DNA of 6,921 bases from a virus. Lineage: Duplodnaviria; Heunggongvirae; Uroviricota; Caudoviricetes. Where the stretch lies: IMG/VR virus record IMGVR_UViG_2563366929_000003; one strand, 5' to 3'. This document shows positions 6,791 to 6,921 of the stretch, piece after piece. Position 1 is the first letter of the stretch. Each line of letters starts with the position of its first letter. Below the pieces are notes generated by a model. That model did no database searches, was not told where the DNA came from, and was given only the letters and a program-made list of their open reading frames with translations. The position numbers and the translations under genes are program-made.

Positions 6791-6826
6791 AGTCAGTGCT
6801 GACCATCAATAGGAGGTTTTTACAAT

Positions 6827-6921
6827 ATGGTGACGAAAACCATCACTGAACAGCGTGCGGAAGTACGTATTTTTGCCGGTAATGATCCGGCTCATACCGC
6901 CACAGGCAGCAGCGGGATTTC
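6827..6921 (+). CDS. D: Head decoration protein (lambda gpD-like), 5' partial (continues beyond window)
   Basis: ATG at 6827 preceded by AGGAGG (6811-6816). N-terminus MVTKTITEQRAEVRIFAGNDPAHTATGSSGI carries the NDPAHTAT motif recalled from lambda gpD (...SDPAHTATAPGG...). Position immediately after C/Nu3 matches lambda order. Confidence 0.8.
   Translation, partial: MVTKTITEQRAEVRIFAGNDPAHTATGSSGI

Overview
This window is the left end of a lambda/phage-21-type cos-packaging phage or prophage genome. An intact cos site (cosN 12-nt cohesive-end sequence GGGCGGCGACCT at 879-890, flanked by lambda-like sequence) is followed on the + strand by the head-morphogenesis operon in canonical lambda order: terminase small subunit (Nu1-like, 1068-1616), terminase large subunit (gpA-like, ~1588-3516), head-tail joining protein (gpW-like, 3500-3706), portal (gpB-like, 3703-5295), S49-family prohead protease (gpC-like, 5285-6790) with a nested in-frame scaffold gene (Nu3-like, 6188-6790), and the 5' end of a head decoration gene (gpD-like, 6827->6921). 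Adjacent genes overlap or abut throughout. Upstream of cos, on the opposite strand, sits a compositionally distinct two-gene cassette: a 77-aa ribbon-helix-helix-like DNA-binding protein (446-679) and a very AT-rich ~103-aa protein of unknown function (77-388), ending in a hairpin terminator. That cassette is the least explained part of the window and the best candidate for something new. Other notable points are a triplicated ~48-aa repeat in the scaffold portion of the protease gene and terminase-binding repeats next to cos that differ from lambda's. Protein similarities to lambda are judged from memory, not from a database search.
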